Shown: positions 23,068 to 33,409 of the stretch, in pieces
How positions within the stretch are numbered: position 1 is the stretch's first letter
How the letters are laid out: each line of letters opens with the position of its first letter
Assembly: GCA_035440445.1 (NCBI GenBank)
Contig: DAORMJ010000017.1
Coordinates: forward strand, 6,635 to 70,634
Reading direction: 5' to 3'
From: Xanthobacteraceae bacterium
Lineage (GTDB): Bacteria > Pseudomonadota > Alphaproteobacteria > Rhizobiales > Xanthobacteraceae
Length of the DNA stretch: 64,000 nt
The notes under the pieces: generated by a model
Seen by the model: the letters and a program-made list of their open reading frames with translations, nothing else
Told to the model about the DNA's origin: nothing
Databases searched by the model: none
Translations under genes and position numbers: made by a program

Positions 23068-23361
23068 CTAGCGCTCCTGCGCCTGCAAAACTGCGCGGAT
23101 GGTATCGACCGCCTGATCGAGCCGTTGCGCGACTTCCCGGTTGGTGACCTCCAGCGACGAAATACTGGCCCGCGCATGGTCGAGTTCGCCGGCAAGCCGC
23201 GACCGGTCCGTCCCGAAGGCCTGCACCTGCGCTTCCAGCTCGCCCCGCTGCCGGTCCTGCTCGCGGCGGCGATTCACCGCTGCCTCCAGAACATCGAGCG
23301 CCGACGACAGCCGCTTGCCCGCTCGCTCCAGCACCCCCGATTGATCCGTCATTTTCCGCAT
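23068..23361 (-). CDS. DUF4164-like coiled-coil protein
   Basis: 97 aa, almost entirely heptad-like (ALDVLEAAVNRRREQDRQRGELEAQVQAF...LEVTNREVAQRLDQAVDTIRAVL). The stop lies 4 nt before the zapA ATG. Confidence 0.65.
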   Translation of the reverse strand: MRKMTDQSGVLERAGKRLSSALDVLEAAVNRRREQDRQRGELEAQVQAFGTDRSRLAGELDHARASISSLEVTNREVAQRLDQAVDTIRAVLQAQER

Positions 23362-23513
23362 TTCTCCGCCGCCGCTTGCGAAGCAGTCGCGGGCAGTTAA
23401 GGGGGGCCTTTATCCCCACGTCAACCGCGCGTTGCGACTTTGACACAAGGGGTTGGGGTGCTATGGCAACGCCAATTCCATGACCCCCCGGAACTTTGGG
23501 TGAGAATGCGCAA

Positions 23514-25520
23514 ATGAGCCGCGAAGAGCACGACCGTTTGGCGAATGCCATTCGCGCGCTCGCGATGGACGCCGTCGAGGCGGCAAAATCCGGCCACCCC
23601 GGCCTGCCGATGGGTGCCGCAGACATCGCGACCGTCCTTTATACGAAATTCCTGAAATTCGACCCCAAGGCGACCGACTGGCCCGACCGCGACCGCTTTG
23701 TGCTGTCGGCGGGCCACGGCTCGATGCTGCTTTACGCGCTGCTCTACCTCACCGGCCACGCCGACGTGACCATCGAGGAGATCAAGCGCTTCCGGCAGCT
23801 CGATTCCAAGACGCCGGGCCACCCCGAGAACTTCGTCACCCGCGGCATCGAGACCACCACCGGCCCGCTCGGTCAGGGTCTCGCCAACGCCGTCGGCATG
23901 GCGCTCGCGGAACGGCTCCTGAATGCCGAATTCGGCGACGAACTGGTCGATCACTTTACCTATGTGCTCGCCTCCGACGGCGACCTCATGGAAGGCATCA
24001 GCCAGGAAGCGCTGGCGCTCGCCGGTCACCTGAAGCTGAAAAAGCTGATCGTGCTGTTCGACGACAACGGCATCTCCATCGACGGCAAGATTTCGCTCTC
24101 CGATTCCACCGATCAGGTCGCGCGCTTCAAGGCGTCCGGCTGGAACGCGCTGCGCATCGACGGCCACGATCCGGTGGCGATCGAGAACGCGATTCTCGAC
24201 GCGCAGAAATCGGACCGTCCGACGCTCATCGCCTGCCGCACGCATATCGGTTATGGCGCGCCGACCAAGGTCGACACCTCCGGCGCGCATGGCTCGCCGC
24301 TCGGCGAAAAGGAAATCGAAGGCGCGCGCAAGAACCTGCACTGGTCTTCCGGACCTTTCGAGATTCCGGCAGATATTCTGGACAGCTGGCGCAAGGCCGG
24401 GAGCCGCAGCGCCGAGGCCCGCGCGGCCTGGAAGCAGCGGCTGGAAGACTCGGCCAAGAAAGACGAATTCCAGCGCCGCCTGCACGGCAAGCTGCCGAAC
24501 GGCCTCGGTGCTGCGATCGAAGCGCTGAAAGAAAAGGCGGTTGCCGAGAAGCCTGAGATCGCGACCCGCAAGGCTTCCGAAAACACGCTCGAAGCAATTT
24601 GCGCGGTCGCGCCGGAAATGATCGGCGGCTCCGCCGACCTTACCGGCTCGAACAACACGCGCACCAAGGCGATGAAAGCGGTTTCCGCCGACAACTTCGC
24701 CGGGCACTTCATTCACTGGGGCATCCGCGAGCATGCCATGGCGGCCGCGATGAACGGCATGGCGCTGCATGGCGGCGTGATCCCGTTCTCCGGCACATTC
24801 CTTGTCTTCGCGGATTACTGCCGCCCTTCGCTGCGTCTCGCAGCACTCATGGGTGTGCGCGTCATTCACGTCATGACGCATGATTCGATCGGCGTCGGCG
24901 AAGACGGCCCGACCCATCAGCCGGTCGAGCATCTTGCGGCACTGCGGGCGATCCCGAACCTTTATGTCTTCCGCCCGGCCGATCAGGTCGAAACCGCGGA
25001 ATGCTGGGACGCGGCACTGCGCATGCAGCAGAGCCCGAGTGTGCTCGCGCTCACGCGCCAGAACCTGCCGCTGCTGCGCCTGAAGAACGAAAAGGGCAAT
25101 CCCTGCAAGCAGGGCGCTTATGAGCTGATCCCCGCGAGCGGCGAGGCTGTCGTCTCCCTCTTCGCATCCGGATCGGAAGTCTCGCTCTGCGCCGAGGCGC
25201 AAGCAGCGCTCGAAAAGCAGGGCGTGCCGACGCGCGTCGTCTCCGTGCCCTGCATGGACCTCTTCTTCGATCAGCCGGAAACCTATCGCGACAAGATCAT
25301 CGGCAATGCGCCGGTGAAGATCGCCTGCGAAGCGGCGATCCGCATGGGCTGGAATGCGATCGTCGGCGAGCGCGGCCATTTCATCGGCATGAACGGCTTC
25401 GGCGCATCCGCGCCCTACAAGGAACTTTACAAGCGCTTCGGCATCACCACCGAGGCAATCGTGGAAACGGCAACGAACGCGTTGCCTGTAACGGCGGCGG
25501 CGAAAAACACCGCGCGCTGA
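23514..25520 (+). CDS. tkt: transketolase
   Basis: Start at the second ATG ([38 protein letters not shown]). Motifs [17 protein letters not shown] and ThDP-binding [10 protein letters not shown]. Confidence 0.96.
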   Translation: MSREEHDRLANAIRALAMDAVEAAKSGHPGLPMGAADIATVLYTKFLKFDPKATDWPDRDRFVLSAGHGSMLLYALLYLTGHADVTIEEIKRFRQLDSKTPGHPENFVTRGIETTTGPLGQGLANAVGMALAERLLNAEFGDELVDHFTYVLASDGDLMEGISQEALALAGHLKLKKLIVLFDDNGISIDGKISLSDSTDQVARFKASGWNALRIDGHDPVAIENAILDAQKSDRPTLIACRTHIGYGAPTKVDTSGAHGSPLGEKEIEGARKNLHWSSGPFEIPADILDSWRKAGSRSAEARAAWKQRLEDSAKKDEFQRRLHGKLPNGLGAAIEALKEKAVAEKPEIATRKASENTLEAICAVAPEMIGGSADLTGSNNTRTKAMKAVSADNFAGHFIHWGIREHAMAAAMNGMALHGGVIPFSGTFLVFADYCRPSLRLAALMGVRVIHVMTHDSIGVGEDGPTHQPVEHLAALRAIPNLYVFRPADQVETAECWDAALRMQQSPSVLALTRQNLPLLRLKNEKGNPCKQGAYELIPASGEAVVSLFASGSEVSLCAEAQAALEKQGVPTRVVSVPCMDLFFDQPETYRDKIIGNAPVKIACEAAIRMGWNAIVGERGHFIGMNGFGASAPYKELYKRFGITTEAIVETATNALPVTAAAKNTAR

Positions 25521-25545
25521 TTACGTCGAGAGGAAGTGACGAGAA

Positions 25546-26553
25546 ATGGCTGTTCGGGTTGCAATCAATGGGTTCGGCCGCATCGGCCGCAATGTTCTGC
25601 GCGCGATCGCGGAAAATGGCCGCAAGGACATTCAGGTCGTCGCGATCAACGACCTCGGCCCGGTCGAAACCAATGCCCACCTGTTCCGCTTCGATAGCGT
25701 ACACGGCCGCTTCAACGGCGACGTGAAGGTTACCGGCGACACCATCGACGTCGGTTTCGGCCCGATCAAGGTGACCGCGGAGCGCGACCCCTCGAAGCTC
25801 CCGCACAAGGATCTCGGCGTCGATATCGCGCTGGAATGCACCGGCATCTTCACATCGAAGGACAAGGCGTCCGCGCATCTGACCGCGGGTGCCAAGCGCG
25901 TGCTGGTTTCTGCCCCCGCCGACAATGCCGACCTCACGGTCGTCTATGGCGTGAACCACGACAAGCTCACGGCCGAGCACAAGGTGGTTTCCAACGCCTC
26001 CTGCACCACGAACTGCCTGGCGCCGATCGCCAAGGTCCTGAACGACGCCATCGGCATCGAAAAGGGCTTCATGACCACGATCCACGCCTATACCGGCGAC
26101 CAGCCGACGCTCGATACGATGCACAAGGATCTCTACCGTGCGCGCGCCGCGGCATTGTCGATGATCCCGACTTCGACGGGTGCTGCGAAAGCGGTCGGCC
26201 TCGTGCTGCCCGAACTCAACGGCAAGCTCGACGGCGTGTCGATCCGCGTCCCGACCCCGAACGTGTCGGTCGTGGACTTCAAGTTCGTTGCCAAGAAGTC
26301 GACGAGCAAAGAGGAAATCAACGAGGCGGTGAAGCGCGCGAGCGCCCAGCAGCTCAAGGGCATCCTCGGCACCACCGACCAGCCTAACGTCTCGATCGAC
26401 TTCAACCACGATCCGCATTCTTCGATTTTCCATCTCGACCAGACCAAGGTCATGGACGGCACGCTGGTGCGCGTTCTCTCCTGGTACGACAACGAGTGGG
26501 GCTTCTCGAACCGCATGGCTGACACGGCCGTAGCCATGGGCAAGCTAGGCTGA
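25546..26553 (+). CDS. gap: glyceraldehyde-3-phosphate dehydrogenase (type I)
   Basis: 335 aa. [16 protein letters not shown] and the active site [12 protein letters not shown]. Confidence 0.97.
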   Translation: MAVRVAINGFGRIGRNVLRAIAENGRKDIQVVAINDLGPVETNAHLFRFDSVHGRFNGDVKVTGDTIDVGFGPIKVTAERDPSKLPHKDLGVDIALECTGIFTSKDKASAHLTAGAKRVLVSAPADNADLTVVYGVNHDKLTAEHKVVSNASCTTNCLAPIAKVLNDAIGIEKGFMTTIHAYTGDQPTLDTMHKDLYRARAAALSMIPTSTGAAKAVGLVLPELNGKLDGVSIRVPTPNVSVVDFKFVAKKSTSKEEINEAVKRASAQQLKGILGTTDQPNVSIDFNHDPHSSIFHLDQTKVMDGTLVRVLSWYDNEWGFSNRMADTAVAMGKLG

Positions 26554-26556
26554 GCA

Positions 26557-26658
26557 ATGAACATCGAGCAGATCATCGGCTATGTCGGCCTCGCCTTCTT
26601 CACGACCATGCTGGTGATCTCTCTCTATCTCTGGTCCAAACGGGACTCACAAAAGTGA
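26557..26658 (+). CDS. candidate 33-aa single-TM mini-protein
   Basis: Below the track cutoff; my translation is MNIEQIIGYVGLAFFTTMLVISLYLWSKRDSQK*. 26 of 32 third positions after the ATG are G/C, like genuine genes here. It starts 3 nt after the gap stop. Its last codons form the 5' arm of a terminator. Confidence 0.4.
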   Translation: MNIEQIIGYVGLAFFTTMLVISLYLWSKRDSQK

Positions 26659-26670
26659 GTCCCGTTTTTT
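26641..26670 (+). terminator. Rho-independent terminator between gap and pgk
   Basis: CGGGACTCAC-AAAA-GTGAGTCCCG followed by TTTTTT. Confidence 0.8.
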
Positions 26671-26694
26671 CTTGTCTCGTTTTTCAGTGATTGC

Positions 26695-27891
26695 GTGATG
26701 CCTTCTTTCAAAACGCTGGATCAAGCCGAAGTAAGCAACAAGCGCGCGCTGGTGCGTGTCGATCTCAACGTGCCGATGGACAAAGGCCGTGTCACCGACA
26801 TGACGCGGATCGAACGCGTATTGCCGACCATCCGCGAGCTCTCCGACAAGGCCGCGAAGGTCATCCTGCTTTCGCATTTCGGCCGCCCGAAGGGCGTCGA
26901 TAAATCGCAATCGCTCGAACCCCTTGCAAAGGTCTTGGCGGAAGCACTCGACAAGGTCGTGCTGTTTGCGCCGGACTGCATTGGCGAAGACGCAGAAAAG
27001 GCCGTCTCGATCCTGCAGCCGGGACAAATTCTTGTGCTGGAGAACACCCGCTTCCACAAAGGCGAGGAAAAGAACGAGCCGGATTTCGTGGCCAGCCTCG
27101 CGAAGCACGGCGATCTTTATGTGAACGACGCTTTCTCGGCAGCACACCGCGCGCACGCCTCGACCGAAGGTCTCGCACACAAGATGCCGGCTTACGCAGG
27201 CCGCGCCCTGCAAGCCGAACTCGAAGCGCTCGAAACCGCGCTCGAAAAGCCCGAGCGGCCGGTGATGGCGGTCGCAGGCGGCGCGAAGATTTCCACCAAG
27301 CTCGAATTGCTCGGCAACCTGCTCGCGAAGGTGGACAAGCTCGCGATCGGCGGTGCCATGGCGAACACCTTCCTCGCCGCGCAGGGCAAGCCTGTCGGCA
27401 AGTCTCTGGTCGAGAAAGACCTGCTCGACACTGCGCGCGAAATCCTCGCCAAGGCGAAGACGAGCGGCTGCGAAATCATCCTGCCGTCCGACGTCGTGGT
27501 GGCGAGCGAGTTCAAGGCGCATGCGCCCTCGAAAGTCGTTGCCGCAAATGAAGTCGGCGACGCAGACATGATCCTCGACATCGGCCGCGAAAGCATCGCG
27601 CATGTCGTTGCGGCGCTCGCCGCCTCCAAGACGCTGGTCTGGAACGGGCCCTTCGGCGCCTTCGAGATGGAGCCCTTCGACACCGGCACCAATGAAGTCG
27701 CGGAAGCCGCGGCCGAACTGACCACGGCCGGCAAGCTGCGCTCGGTCGCCGGCGGCGGCGATACCGTCGCCGCACTCGAACACGCGGGCGCCGCCAGCCG
27801 CTTCACCTACGTATCGACTGCGGGCGGCGCATTCCTGGAATGGCTTGAAGGCAAGCCGCTTCCGGGAGTCGAAGCGCTTCGCGTAAAATAG
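26695..27891 (+). CDS. pgk: phosphoglycerate kinase
   Basis: 398 aa. [24 protein letters not shown]. Confidence 0.97.
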   Translation: MMPSFKTLDQAEVSNKRALVRVDLNVPMDKGRVTDMTRIERVLPTIRELSDKAAKVILLSHFGRPKGVDKSQSLEPLAKVLAEALDKVVLFAPDCIGEDAEKAVSILQPGQILVLENTRFHKGEEKNEPDFVASLAKHGDLYVNDAFSAAHRAHASTEGLAHKMPAYAGRALQAELEALETALEKPERPVMAVAGGAKISTKLELLGNLLAKVDKLAIGGAMANTFLAAQGKPVGKSLVEKDLLDTAREILAKAKTSGCEIILPSDVVVASEFKAHAPSKVVAANEVGDADMILDIGRESIAHVVAALAASKTLVWNGPFGAFEMEPFDTGTNEVAEAAAELTTAGKLRSVAGGGDTVAALEHAGAASRFTYVSTAGGAFLEWLEGKPLPGVEALRVK

Positions 27892-27937
27892 CCGTAATCA
27901 CGCAAGAACAGATTTTCGCGTTTGGAGGGAGAAGCAG

Positions 27938-28960
27938 ATGAATCTCGCTGAGTTGAACAAGATTGCCGAAGCGATGGTCGCGCCGGGCCGGGGTATCCTC
28001 GCCGCCGACGAATCCTCGGGCACGATCAAGAAGCGCTTCGACGGGATCGGCGTCGAAAGCACCGAAGACAATCGCCGCGACTATCGCGAGTTGATGTTCC
28101 GCTCCGCCGACGCGATGAAATCCATCTCCGGCGTCATCCTCTATGACGAGACGATCTGGCAGAAGGCCAAGGACGGGACCCCGCTGGTCGACGTGATCAA
28201 GAGCCAGGGCTCGATCCCGGGCATCAAGGTCGACGAAGGCACGAAGCCGTTGCCGAACTGCCCCGGCGAACTCATCACCATCGGCCTCGACAAGCTCGCC
28301 GACCGCCTGCCGAAATATTACGAGCAGGGTGCGCGCTTCGCGAAGTGGCGCGCGGTCATCGACATCGCGCCGGGGATTCCCTCGCACACCGCGATCATGA
28401 CGAACGCGCATGCGCTTGCGCGCTATGCGGCGCTCTGCCAGGCCGCGCAGATCGTGCCGATCGTCGAGCCCGAAGTGCTGATGGACGGCGATCACGACAT
28501 CGACCGCTGCTACGAAGTCACCGAATGGGTGCTGAAGGAAACCTTTCAGCAACTCTACTTCCAGCGCGTGCCGCTCGAGGGCATCGTGCTGAAGCCGAAC
28601 ATGGCGATCTCCGGCAAGAAGGCCGGCAAACGCGCGGGCGTGGACGAAGTCGCCGAAAAGACCGTGAAGCTGCTGAAGGCTTGCGTGCCCGGCGCGGTGC
28701 CGGGGATCGCGTTCCTCTCCGGCGGCCAGTCGGACGAGGAAGCCACAGCCCATCTCGATGCCATGAACAAGATCGGCAACCTGCCCTGGAAGCTGACGTT
28801 CTCCTACGGCCGCGCGTTGCAGGCCGCCCCGCAGAAGGCCTGGGGCGGAAAGAGCGCGAATGTCGCAGCAGCCCAAGCTGCTTTCACGCACCGCGCCAAG
28901 ATGAACGGCCTTGCGTCGCTCGGTCGCTGGTCCACGGATCAGGAAAAGAAAGCGGCCTGA
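27938..28960 (+). CDS. fba: class I fructose-bisphosphate aldolase
   Basis: 340 aa. GRGILAADESSGTIKKRF...LKPNMA...LSGGQS are class I (Schiff-base) aldolase motifs. Confidence 0.92.
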   Translation: MNLAELNKIAEAMVAPGRGILAADESSGTIKKRFDGIGVESTEDNRRDYRELMFRSADAMKSISGVILYDETIWQKAKDGTPLVDVIKSQGSIPGIKVDEGTKPLPNCPGELITIGLDKLADRLPKYYEQGARFAKWRAVIDIAPGIPSHTAIMTNAHALARYAALCQAAQIVPIVEPEVLMDGDHDIDRCYEVTEWVLKETFQQLYFQRVPLEGIVLKPNMAISGKKAGKRAGVDEVAEKTVKLLKACVPGAVPGIAFLSGGQSDEEATAHLDAMNKIGNLPWKLTFSYGRALQAAPQKAWGGKSANVAAAQAAFTHRAKMNGLASLGRWSTDQEKKAA

Positions 28961-28986
28961 CCGCCCGTAAACCACCGGGAATAATG

Positions 28987-29022
28987 GCACCGCAGCCCCA
29001 AAGGCTGCGGTGCATTCTTTTT
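28987..29022 (+). terminator. Rho-independent terminator after fba
   Basis: GCACCGCAGCC-CCAAA-GGCTGCGGTGC followed by ATTCTTTTT. Confidence 0.8.
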
Positions 29023-29111
29023 GGGCTCCGCTAAATTAAGGAACTCGTGATTCGGCGGGTCACATTTTCCCCCGCTTCTTCCGCAACGGTCGCCACAGAT
29101 GGAGTTTTCGC

Positions 29112-29753
29112 GTGACCGAAGCATTGAAAAATTCCACGCGTCTGATGCTGATGACCACTGCCGTAGAGGACGCGGTTGCTTTCGCGCCGCGGCTCGAAGC
29201 CGCCTGCCGCGCAGGCGACGTCGCGGCGGTAGTCCTAGACCTGCCTGTCACGGATGAGGTGAAAGCGCTCTCCGAAGTCCGGATCATCGCCTCGCATCTG
29301 GAAGGTACGGGCGCGGTCCTGATGCTCGCGAACCGTCCTTCGCTGACCGAGCCCTCGGGCGCCGACGGCGCGCATTTCACCTCGCTCGACGAATTGCAGA
29401 CCACGCGCACCAAGCTCGCGATCGGACGGCTTGCGGGCGTCGGCGGATTGCAGTCCCGCCATGACGCCATGGTCGCGGCAGAGTCGGGCGTCGACTACGT
29501 GATGTTCGGCGAGCCGGACGCCAGCGGAAAACGCCCCGGCCTCTCCGCGCTGGTCGAGCGCGTGTCCTGGTGGGCGGAGATCTTTCAGATGCCATGCGTT
29601 GCTTACGCTGCATCGCTCGAGGAGATTGCCGAACTCGCGGACGCGCGCGCCGACTTCATCGCGCTTGGCAACGCGGTCTGGAAAGCGGAAAACCCGGCCG
29701 ACGCAGTCGAACGCGCGACCAAATCATTGCGCGTGCCGGAGCCAGCGGAATGA
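29112..29753 (+). CDS. thiamine-phosphate synthase family (TMP-TENI) protein
   Basis: 213 aa, GTG start. TIM-barrel ThiE-like pattern (GADGAHF...GVDYVMFG...IALGNAVW). Its catalytic role is not certain. Confidence 0.6.
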   Translation: MTEALKNSTRLMLMTTAVEDAVAFAPRLEAACRAGDVAAVVLDLPVTDEVKALSEVRIIASHLEGTGAVLMLANRPSLTEPSGADGAHFTSLDELQTTRTKLAIGRLAGVGGLQSRHDAMVAAESGVDYVMFGEPDASGKRPGLSALVERVSWWAEIFQMPCVAYAASLEEIAELADARADFIALGNAVWKAENPADAVERATKSLRVPEPAE

Positions 29754-30799
29754 AGCGGCTCCTCTCCATCGCCTGTGTATTGTCGCTTTCCTTCTCATTG
29801 CAGGCGCAAGCCGCGGACGAAGCGATCGCTCCCAAAGCGCAGCAGCAGCCCGCACCTGCAAGCCCGCCGGCCGCGCAGGTGCGCGTAAAAACCATTTCGC
29901 TGCCGCCGCAACCGCCACGCGCGGCGATCGATCCCACCGCGGCAGACGATGCGAACGCGCCTTTCGCCGCCTATCAGCGCGGCGCGTTTCTTGAAGCGGT
30001 AAGGCTTGCGGAAATCCGTGCCGAGAAGAACAACGACACCCGCGCGATGACGCTCCTCGGCGAACTCTACGGCGAAGGCGTCGGCGTGCCCGCCGATCCG
30101 AAGAAATCACTCGCCTGGTACAAGCGCGCATCTGACGCCGGCGATATCTATGCGACCTTTGCGCTCGGCATGTTGAACCTCCAAGGCGTCGGCGTTCCGC
30201 GCAACAAGGACGAAGCGGCGAAACTCTTCCGCATCGCCGCCGACAAGGGACACGCGGCAGCGGCCTATAACCTCGCGCTCCTATATCTCGAAGGCCAGGT
30301 CTTCCCGCAGAACTTCGCGGAAGCCGCAAAACTGATGCGCATTGCCGCCGAGAAAGACATTGCCGACGCCCAGCACGCGCTCGCGATCTTCTATCAGGAA
30401 GGCCAGGGCGTGCCGCAGGACCTGAAAGAGTCGGTCAAGTGGCTCCGCCGCGCCTCGCGGCTCGATCACGTGCCGGCGACCGTCGAACTCGCAATCGCTC
30501 TCTTCAACGGCAAAGGCGTCGAGAAAGACGAGGCCAATGCGGCCCTTGCGATGCGCCGCGCGGCCCTGAAGGGAAATCCTGTCGCCCAGAACCGCCTCGC
30601 CCGGCTGCTCAACGCAGGGCGCGGTCTTGAGAAAAATACCGTCGAGGCCATGGCCTGGCATCTGATGGCGCGGATGCAGAACGTCTCCGACCCCATGCTG
30701 GACGACGTATTCGGTGCATTAAGCGCGGCGGAGAAGAAAAAGGCCGAGGACACCGTGAAGGCCTGGCTCCAGAGCAAGCCCGCGCCGGACAAAACCTGA
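29750..30799 (+). CDS. Sel1-repeat (SLR/TPR-like) periplasmic protein
   Basis: Start at the internal ATG at 29750, an ATGA overlap with the upstream stop. Signal peptide [21 protein letters not shown]. At least 6 Sel1 repeats ([30 protein letters not shown], etc.). Confidence 0.85.
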   Translation: MKRLLSIACVLSLSFSLQAQAADEAIAPKAQQQPAPASPPAAQVRVKTISLPPQPPRAAIDPTAADDANAPFAAYQRGAFLEAVRLAEIRAEKNNDTRAMTLLGELYGEGVGVPADPKKSLAWYKRASDAGDIYATFALGMLNLQGVGVPRNKDEAAKLFRIAADKGHAAAAYNLALLYLEGQVFPQNFAEAAKLMRIAAEKDIADAQHALAIFYQEGQGVPQDLKESVKWLRRASRLDHVPATVELAIALFNGKGVEKDEANAALAMRRAALKGNPVAQNRLARLLNAGRGLEKNTVEAMAWHLMARMQNVSDPMLDDVFGALSAAEKKKAEDTVKAWLQSKPAPDKT

Positions 30800-30890
30800 C
30801 GGCCGGCAAAAGCCGCCTGTTTTCGCGAATTTCCTTGACGGAACTGGCTACGCACGGCAGTTGAGCGCCGCTGCTCTCCAAAGGTATTCC

Positions 30891-31454
30891 ATGAAAATCA
30901 ACGGCAACGAAATCCGCCCCGGCATGGTGATCGAGTATCAAAACTCGCTCTGGGCCGCGGTGAAAACCATGGCGGTCAAGCCGGGCAAGGGCCCTGCCTA
31001 CAATCAGGTCGAACTGAAAAACCTGATCGACGGCCGCAAGCTCAATAATCGCTTCGGATCCGACGAGAAGGTCGAACGTACCCGCCTTGAGCAGAAGGAC
31101 TTCCAGTATCTCTACAAGGAAGGCGAAAGCCTCGTCTTCATGGATACCGACACCTACGACCAGATCCAGCTCTCGGCAGAATTCGTCGGCGACCGCGCGC
31201 TCTTCCTGCAGGACGGCATGCAGGTCACGCTGGAGATGCACGACGAGCGCGCGATTGGTCTCCGGCTGCCCGATTACGTGACGCTCGAAATCGTCGAAGC
31301 CGATCCCGTGGTGAAGGGACAGACCGCTGCTTCTTCCTATAAACCCGCGAAGCTTGAAAACGGGTTACGTGTCATGGTGCCGCCCTTCATCGGCTCCGGC
31401 GAAAAGATCGTCGTCGACACCAACGAAGTCGCCTACGTGCGGCGCGCCGAGTAA
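30891..31454 (+). CDS. efp: translation elongation factor P
   Basis: Start at the ATG at 30891 ([25 protein letters not shown]...[15 protein letters not shown]). Confidence 0.95.
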   Translation: MKINGNEIRPGMVIEYQNSLWAAVKTMAVKPGKGPAYNQVELKNLIDGRKLNNRFGSDEKVERTRLEQKDFQYLYKEGESLVFMDTDTYDQIQLSAEFVGDRALFLQDGMQVTLEMHDERAIGLRLPDYVTLEIVEADPVVKGQTAASSYKPAKLENGLRVMVPPFIGSGEKIVVDTNEVAYVRRAE

Positions 31455-31457
31455 GCG

Positions 31458-32249
31458 GTGTCGTTACGCTCCGCCAACATCACCGTCATGACTGCCGCGG
31501 CCCGCAAGGCGGGCCGCGCGCTCATTCGTGACTTCAACGAAGTCGAGCATCTTCAGGTTTCGCTCAAAGGCCCGGCGAATTTCGTTTCCGCCGCCGACAA
31601 GCGCGCCGAAGACATCATCTTCAGCGAATTGTCCAAGGCGCGGCCGGGCTTCGGCTTCGTGATGGAAGAGCGCGGCGAAGTGAAAGGCTCGGATGGCCAG
31701 CATCAGTTCATCGTCGATCCACTCGACGGCACGACGAACTTTCTGCATTCGATTCCGATCTTCGCGATTTCGATCGGTCTCGTGAAAGAAGGCGTCCCCG
31801 TTGCCGGCATCATCTTCAATCCGGTGACCGACGAACTCTATGCCGCCGAACGCGGTCAGGGCGCCTATCTCAACAACCGGCGTCTGCGAGTTGCTGCGCG
31901 AAAGAACCTCGGCGACGCCGTGATCTCCTGCGGTATTCCCCATCACGAGCGTGGCGACCACGAGCGTTTCCGCCGAGAACTTGGCGTGCTGCAAAAGCAG
32001 GTCGCAGGACTTCGCCGCACGGGTGCTGCCGCGATCGACATGGCCTGGACCGCAGCCGGCCGCTTCGACGGTTTCTGGGAGCGCGACCTTTCGGCGTGGG
32101 ATCTCGCTGCGGGTATCGTGATGGTGCAGGAGGCCGGCGGCTTTGTCACCGATCTCGACGGGCACATGAACATGCTCTTGAACGGCTCGGTCGCCGCCGG
32201 AAACTACGAGATTCAGGCCGCGCTGCTCGCCGCGCTCAAAAGTGCCTGA
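31458..32249 (+). CDS. suhB: inositol monophosphatase family protein (SuhB-like)
   Basis: 263 aa, GTG start. VMEERG...VDPLDGTTNFLH...WDLAAG. Confidence 0.88.
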   Translation: MSLRSANITVMTAAARKAGRALIRDFNEVEHLQVSLKGPANFVSAADKRAEDIIFSELSKARPGFGFVMEERGEVKGSDGQHQFIVDPLDGTTNFLHSIPIFAISIGLVKEGVPVAGIIFNPVTDELYAAERGQGAYLNNRRLRVAARKNLGDAVISCGIPHHERGDHERFRRELGVLQKQVAGLRRTGAAAIDMAWTAAGRFDGFWERDLSAWDLAAGIVMVQEAGGFVTDLDGHMNMLLNGSVAAGNYEIQAALLAALKSA

Positions 32250-32405
32250 ATAAGAAGCGTTTTCAAGCGAAGTGGAAACCGGTTCGCGTAAAGAAAACGC
32301 GTCAAAACGAGAATCCGGCGCCGTCATTCCGCCGTTACCCGACTCTACATACTCGCCGTCTGTGTCATACTTGGCACGGGGCCGTGACGAGCGAGGATTC
32401 GAGGA

Positions 32406-33407
32406 ATGGCGAAGAAAACGCGCGAGCAGGAAATACTCGAGGGCTACGGCAAGATTTCCTCGCCCCGGATATTTCTTTTCCGGATGCTGGTATTTCTTGT
32501 GCTTGCCGGACTCGTCGCCGTACTTCTCTACCGTCAGATTCTCGCGGCCTTCCTCGCCAATCCGCTCCTGAACGGAATTATTCTCGGCGTACTCCTGATC
32601 GGTATCATTCTCGCGATCCGTCAGGTCATCCGCCTCTTCCCGGAAGTGAACTGGGTCAACTCCTTCCGCCTCGCCGATCCCGGCATCACGGTGGATCGCG
32701 CTCCGGTGCTGCTCGCGCCGATGGCGGCACTCCTGCGCGACCGCATGGGCCGCATGGCGATCTCGCAGATCACGATGCGCGGGATTCTGGAATCGATCGG
32801 CACGCGCTTGGACGAGCAGCGCGACGTCGGCCGCTATCTCACAGGCCTCCTCGTCTTCCTCGGTCTGCTCGGCACCTTCTGGGGACTTCTCGAAACGGTG
32901 GGCTCGGTCGGCCGCGTAATCCAGACGTTGGATGCGACCGGAGATTCGGGCCGCATCTTCGACGATCTGAAAACCGGTCTTGCGGCACCGCTCGGCGGCA
33001 TGGGCATCGCGTTCTCGTCTTCGCTCTTCGGTCTTGCCGGATCGCTGGTGCTGGGCTTCCTCGATCTGCAGGCGAGCCAGGCACAGAACCGCTTCTATAC
33101 CGATCTCGAAGACTGGCTCTCGACCACGGTTGCCGATCTCGGCGCAACCGAACTCGACACCTCGAGCGCCACCGCACCGCTTGCCGCCGCGATCAACCGG
33201 CTTGAAAAGTCACTCGAAGCCGCGGGCGGCGAACGCGGCTCCAAGGCCATGATCAATCTCGCAAGCAGCCTGCAGGAACTCGTGCAGCACATGCGCTCCG
33301 AGCAGCAGATGTTGCGCGACTGGGTGGAGGCGCAATCCGAGCGGCAGAATGAAATTCGCGATGTGCTCGATCGTCTTTCGCGCGAAACAGCGGACCGGAG
33401 CCGATAA
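32406..33407 (+). CDS. MotA/TolQ/ExbB-family ion-channel protein (orphan stator A subunit)
   Basis: 333 aa, four TM segments. Family signature LLGTFWGLLETV...GIAFSSSLFGLAGSLVLGFLDL. About 100 aa of charged C-terminal tail. Confidence 0.8.
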   Translation: MAKKTREQEILEGYGKISSPRIFLFRMLVFLVLAGLVAVLLYRQILAAFLANPLLNGIILGVLLIGIILAIRQVIRLFPEVNWVNSFRLADPGITVDRAPVLLAPMAALLRDRMGRMAISQITMRGILESIGTRLDEQRDVGRYLTGLLVFLGLLGTFWGLLETVGSVGRVIQTLDATGDSGRIFDDLKTGLAAPLGGMGIAFSSSLFGLAGSLVLGFLDLQASQAQNRFYTDLEDWLSTTVADLGATELDTSSATAPLAAAINRLEKSLEAAGGERGSKAMINLASSLQELVQHMRSEQQMLRDWVEAQSERQNEIRDVLDRLSRETADRSR

Positions 33408-33409
33408 CC

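Noticed and set aside
23362-23513. Replication origin or strand-switch signal at the divergent DUF4164/tkt junction, with a TTATCCCCA DnaA-box-like 9-mer at 23410-23418
   Set aside because: There is a single near-consensus box only. There is no cluster of DnaA boxes, no AT-rich unwinding element and no hemE/dnaA/parAB-type neighbours. The change in gene orientation here is adequately explained by divergent operons.
23421-25379. 652-aa minus-strand ORF
   Set aside because: It is antisense to transketolase. The same pattern holds for 25444..26433(-) opposite gap, 26647..27783(-) opposite pgk, 27803..28990(-) opposite fba, 31464..32327(-) opposite suhB, 35148..36452(+) opposite the ABC exporter, 37850..39994(-) and 40121..41467(-) opposite qor/GGDEF-EAL, 50298..52028(+) opposite the acyl-CoA synthetase, 53543..54661(-) and 54403..55617(-) opposite bug/M24, and 59599..60543(-) opposite CMD/SDR.
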